NCBI RefSeq assembly: GCF_009914755.1 | Contig: NC_060937.1 | Origin: the human T2T-CHM13v2.0 reference genome, Homo sapiens | Reading direction: 5' to 3' (one strand) | DNA: 64,000 nt | Shown here: positions 62,988-64,000 of the stretch, in pieces | Position numbering within the stretch: position 1 is the first letter of the stretch | Layout: each line of letters begins with the position of its first letter | Notes under the pieces: model-generated | Told to the model about the DNA's origin: nothing | Databases searched by the model: none | Seen by the model: only the letters and a program-made list of their open reading frames with translations | Position numbers and translations under genes: made by a program

Positions 62988-64000
62988 GTTTTGAAACACC
63001 GTTTTTGTAGAATCTGCAAGTGGACATTTGGAGCACTATGAGGCCTATCGCGGAAAAGGAAATGTCTTCACATGAAAACTAGACAGAAGCATTCTGACAA
63101 ACTTCTTTGTGATGTGTGCATTCATCTCACAGTGCTGAAACTTGCTTTCAATTGAGCAGTTTTGAAACACTCTTTTTGAAGTATCTGCAAGTGGACATTT
63201 GGAGCGCTTTGAGGCCCATGGTGGGAAAGGAAATATCTTCACATAAAAACCAGACAGATGCATTCTGACAATTTTCTTTGTGATATGTGCATTGATCTCA
63301 CAGAGTTGAATCTTACTTTTCATTGAGCAGTTTTGAACCACTCTTTTTGTAGAATCTGCAATTGGATATTTAGAGCACTTTGAGGCCTATGATGGAAAAG
63401 GAAATATCTTCACATAAAAACGAGACAGAAGCATTCTGACAAACTTCTTTTGATATGTGCATTCATCTCACAGAGATGAAACTTTCTTTTGATTGAGCAG
63501 CTTTTAAACATTCTTTTTGTAGAATCTGCAAGTGGACAATTTGAGCGCTTTGAGGCCTATGGTGGAAATGGAAATATCTTCATATAAAAACTAGACATAA
63601 GCATTCAGAAAAAGTTTTCTGTGATGTGTGCATTCACCTCAAAGTGCTGAACCTTACTTTCAATGGAGCAGCTTTGAAACACTCTTTTTGTAGAATTTGC
63701 AAGTGGACATTGGAGAGCTTTGAGGCCTATGGGTGGACAAAGAAATATCTTCATATAATAACTAGACGGAAGCATTATGAGAAACTTCTTTGTGATGTGT
63801 GCATTCATCTCACACAGAGTTGAACCTTTCTTTGGAATGAGCAGCTTTGAAACACTCTTTTTGTAGAATCTGCAAGTGGACATGTGGAGCACTTTGAGGC
63901 CCATTGTGGAAAAGGAAATATCTTCATATAAAACTAGACAGAAGCTTTCTGACAAACTTCTTTGTGATGTGTGCATTCAGCTCACAAAGTTGAACATTTC
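62988..64000 (+). repeat. Alpha satellite, monomeric (CATTCTGACAAAC-type), continuing past the window end
   Basis: Forward units GCAAGTGGACATTTGGAGC...GCATTCTGACAAACTTC. Confidence 0.96.

Overview
This is hominoid (human or ape) pericentromeric DNA with no intact protein-coding gene. Bases 1-17.66 kb are a decayed, orphan copy of the 45S rDNA unit. It runs from intergenic spacer (CT-rich tracts, Alus and the spacer-resident CDC27 retrocopy) into the 5'ETS across a junction that lacks the Pol I promoter and transcription start. Then come a full-length but mutated 18S, ITS1, a mutated 5.8S and an ITS2 that stops before 28S. A ~1.9 kb AT-rich euchromatin-like fragment (old L1M and MIR pieces) follows. 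The remaining ~44 kb is divergent alpha satellite in which I saw no CENP-B boxes. It consists of several monomer layers, with four strand switches and four truncated or rearranged L1PA insertions. I found no convincing undescribed biological system. The best leads are evolutionary or structural: a CDC27 retrocopy made from an intron-retaining, intronically polyadenylated mRNA; relic higher-order periodicities; a 101-bp conversion-like tract; an inverted block of dimeric satellite; and short transduced tags in L1 tails. Comparisons to canonical human rDNA, CDC27 and L1 are from memory and need alignment to confirm.
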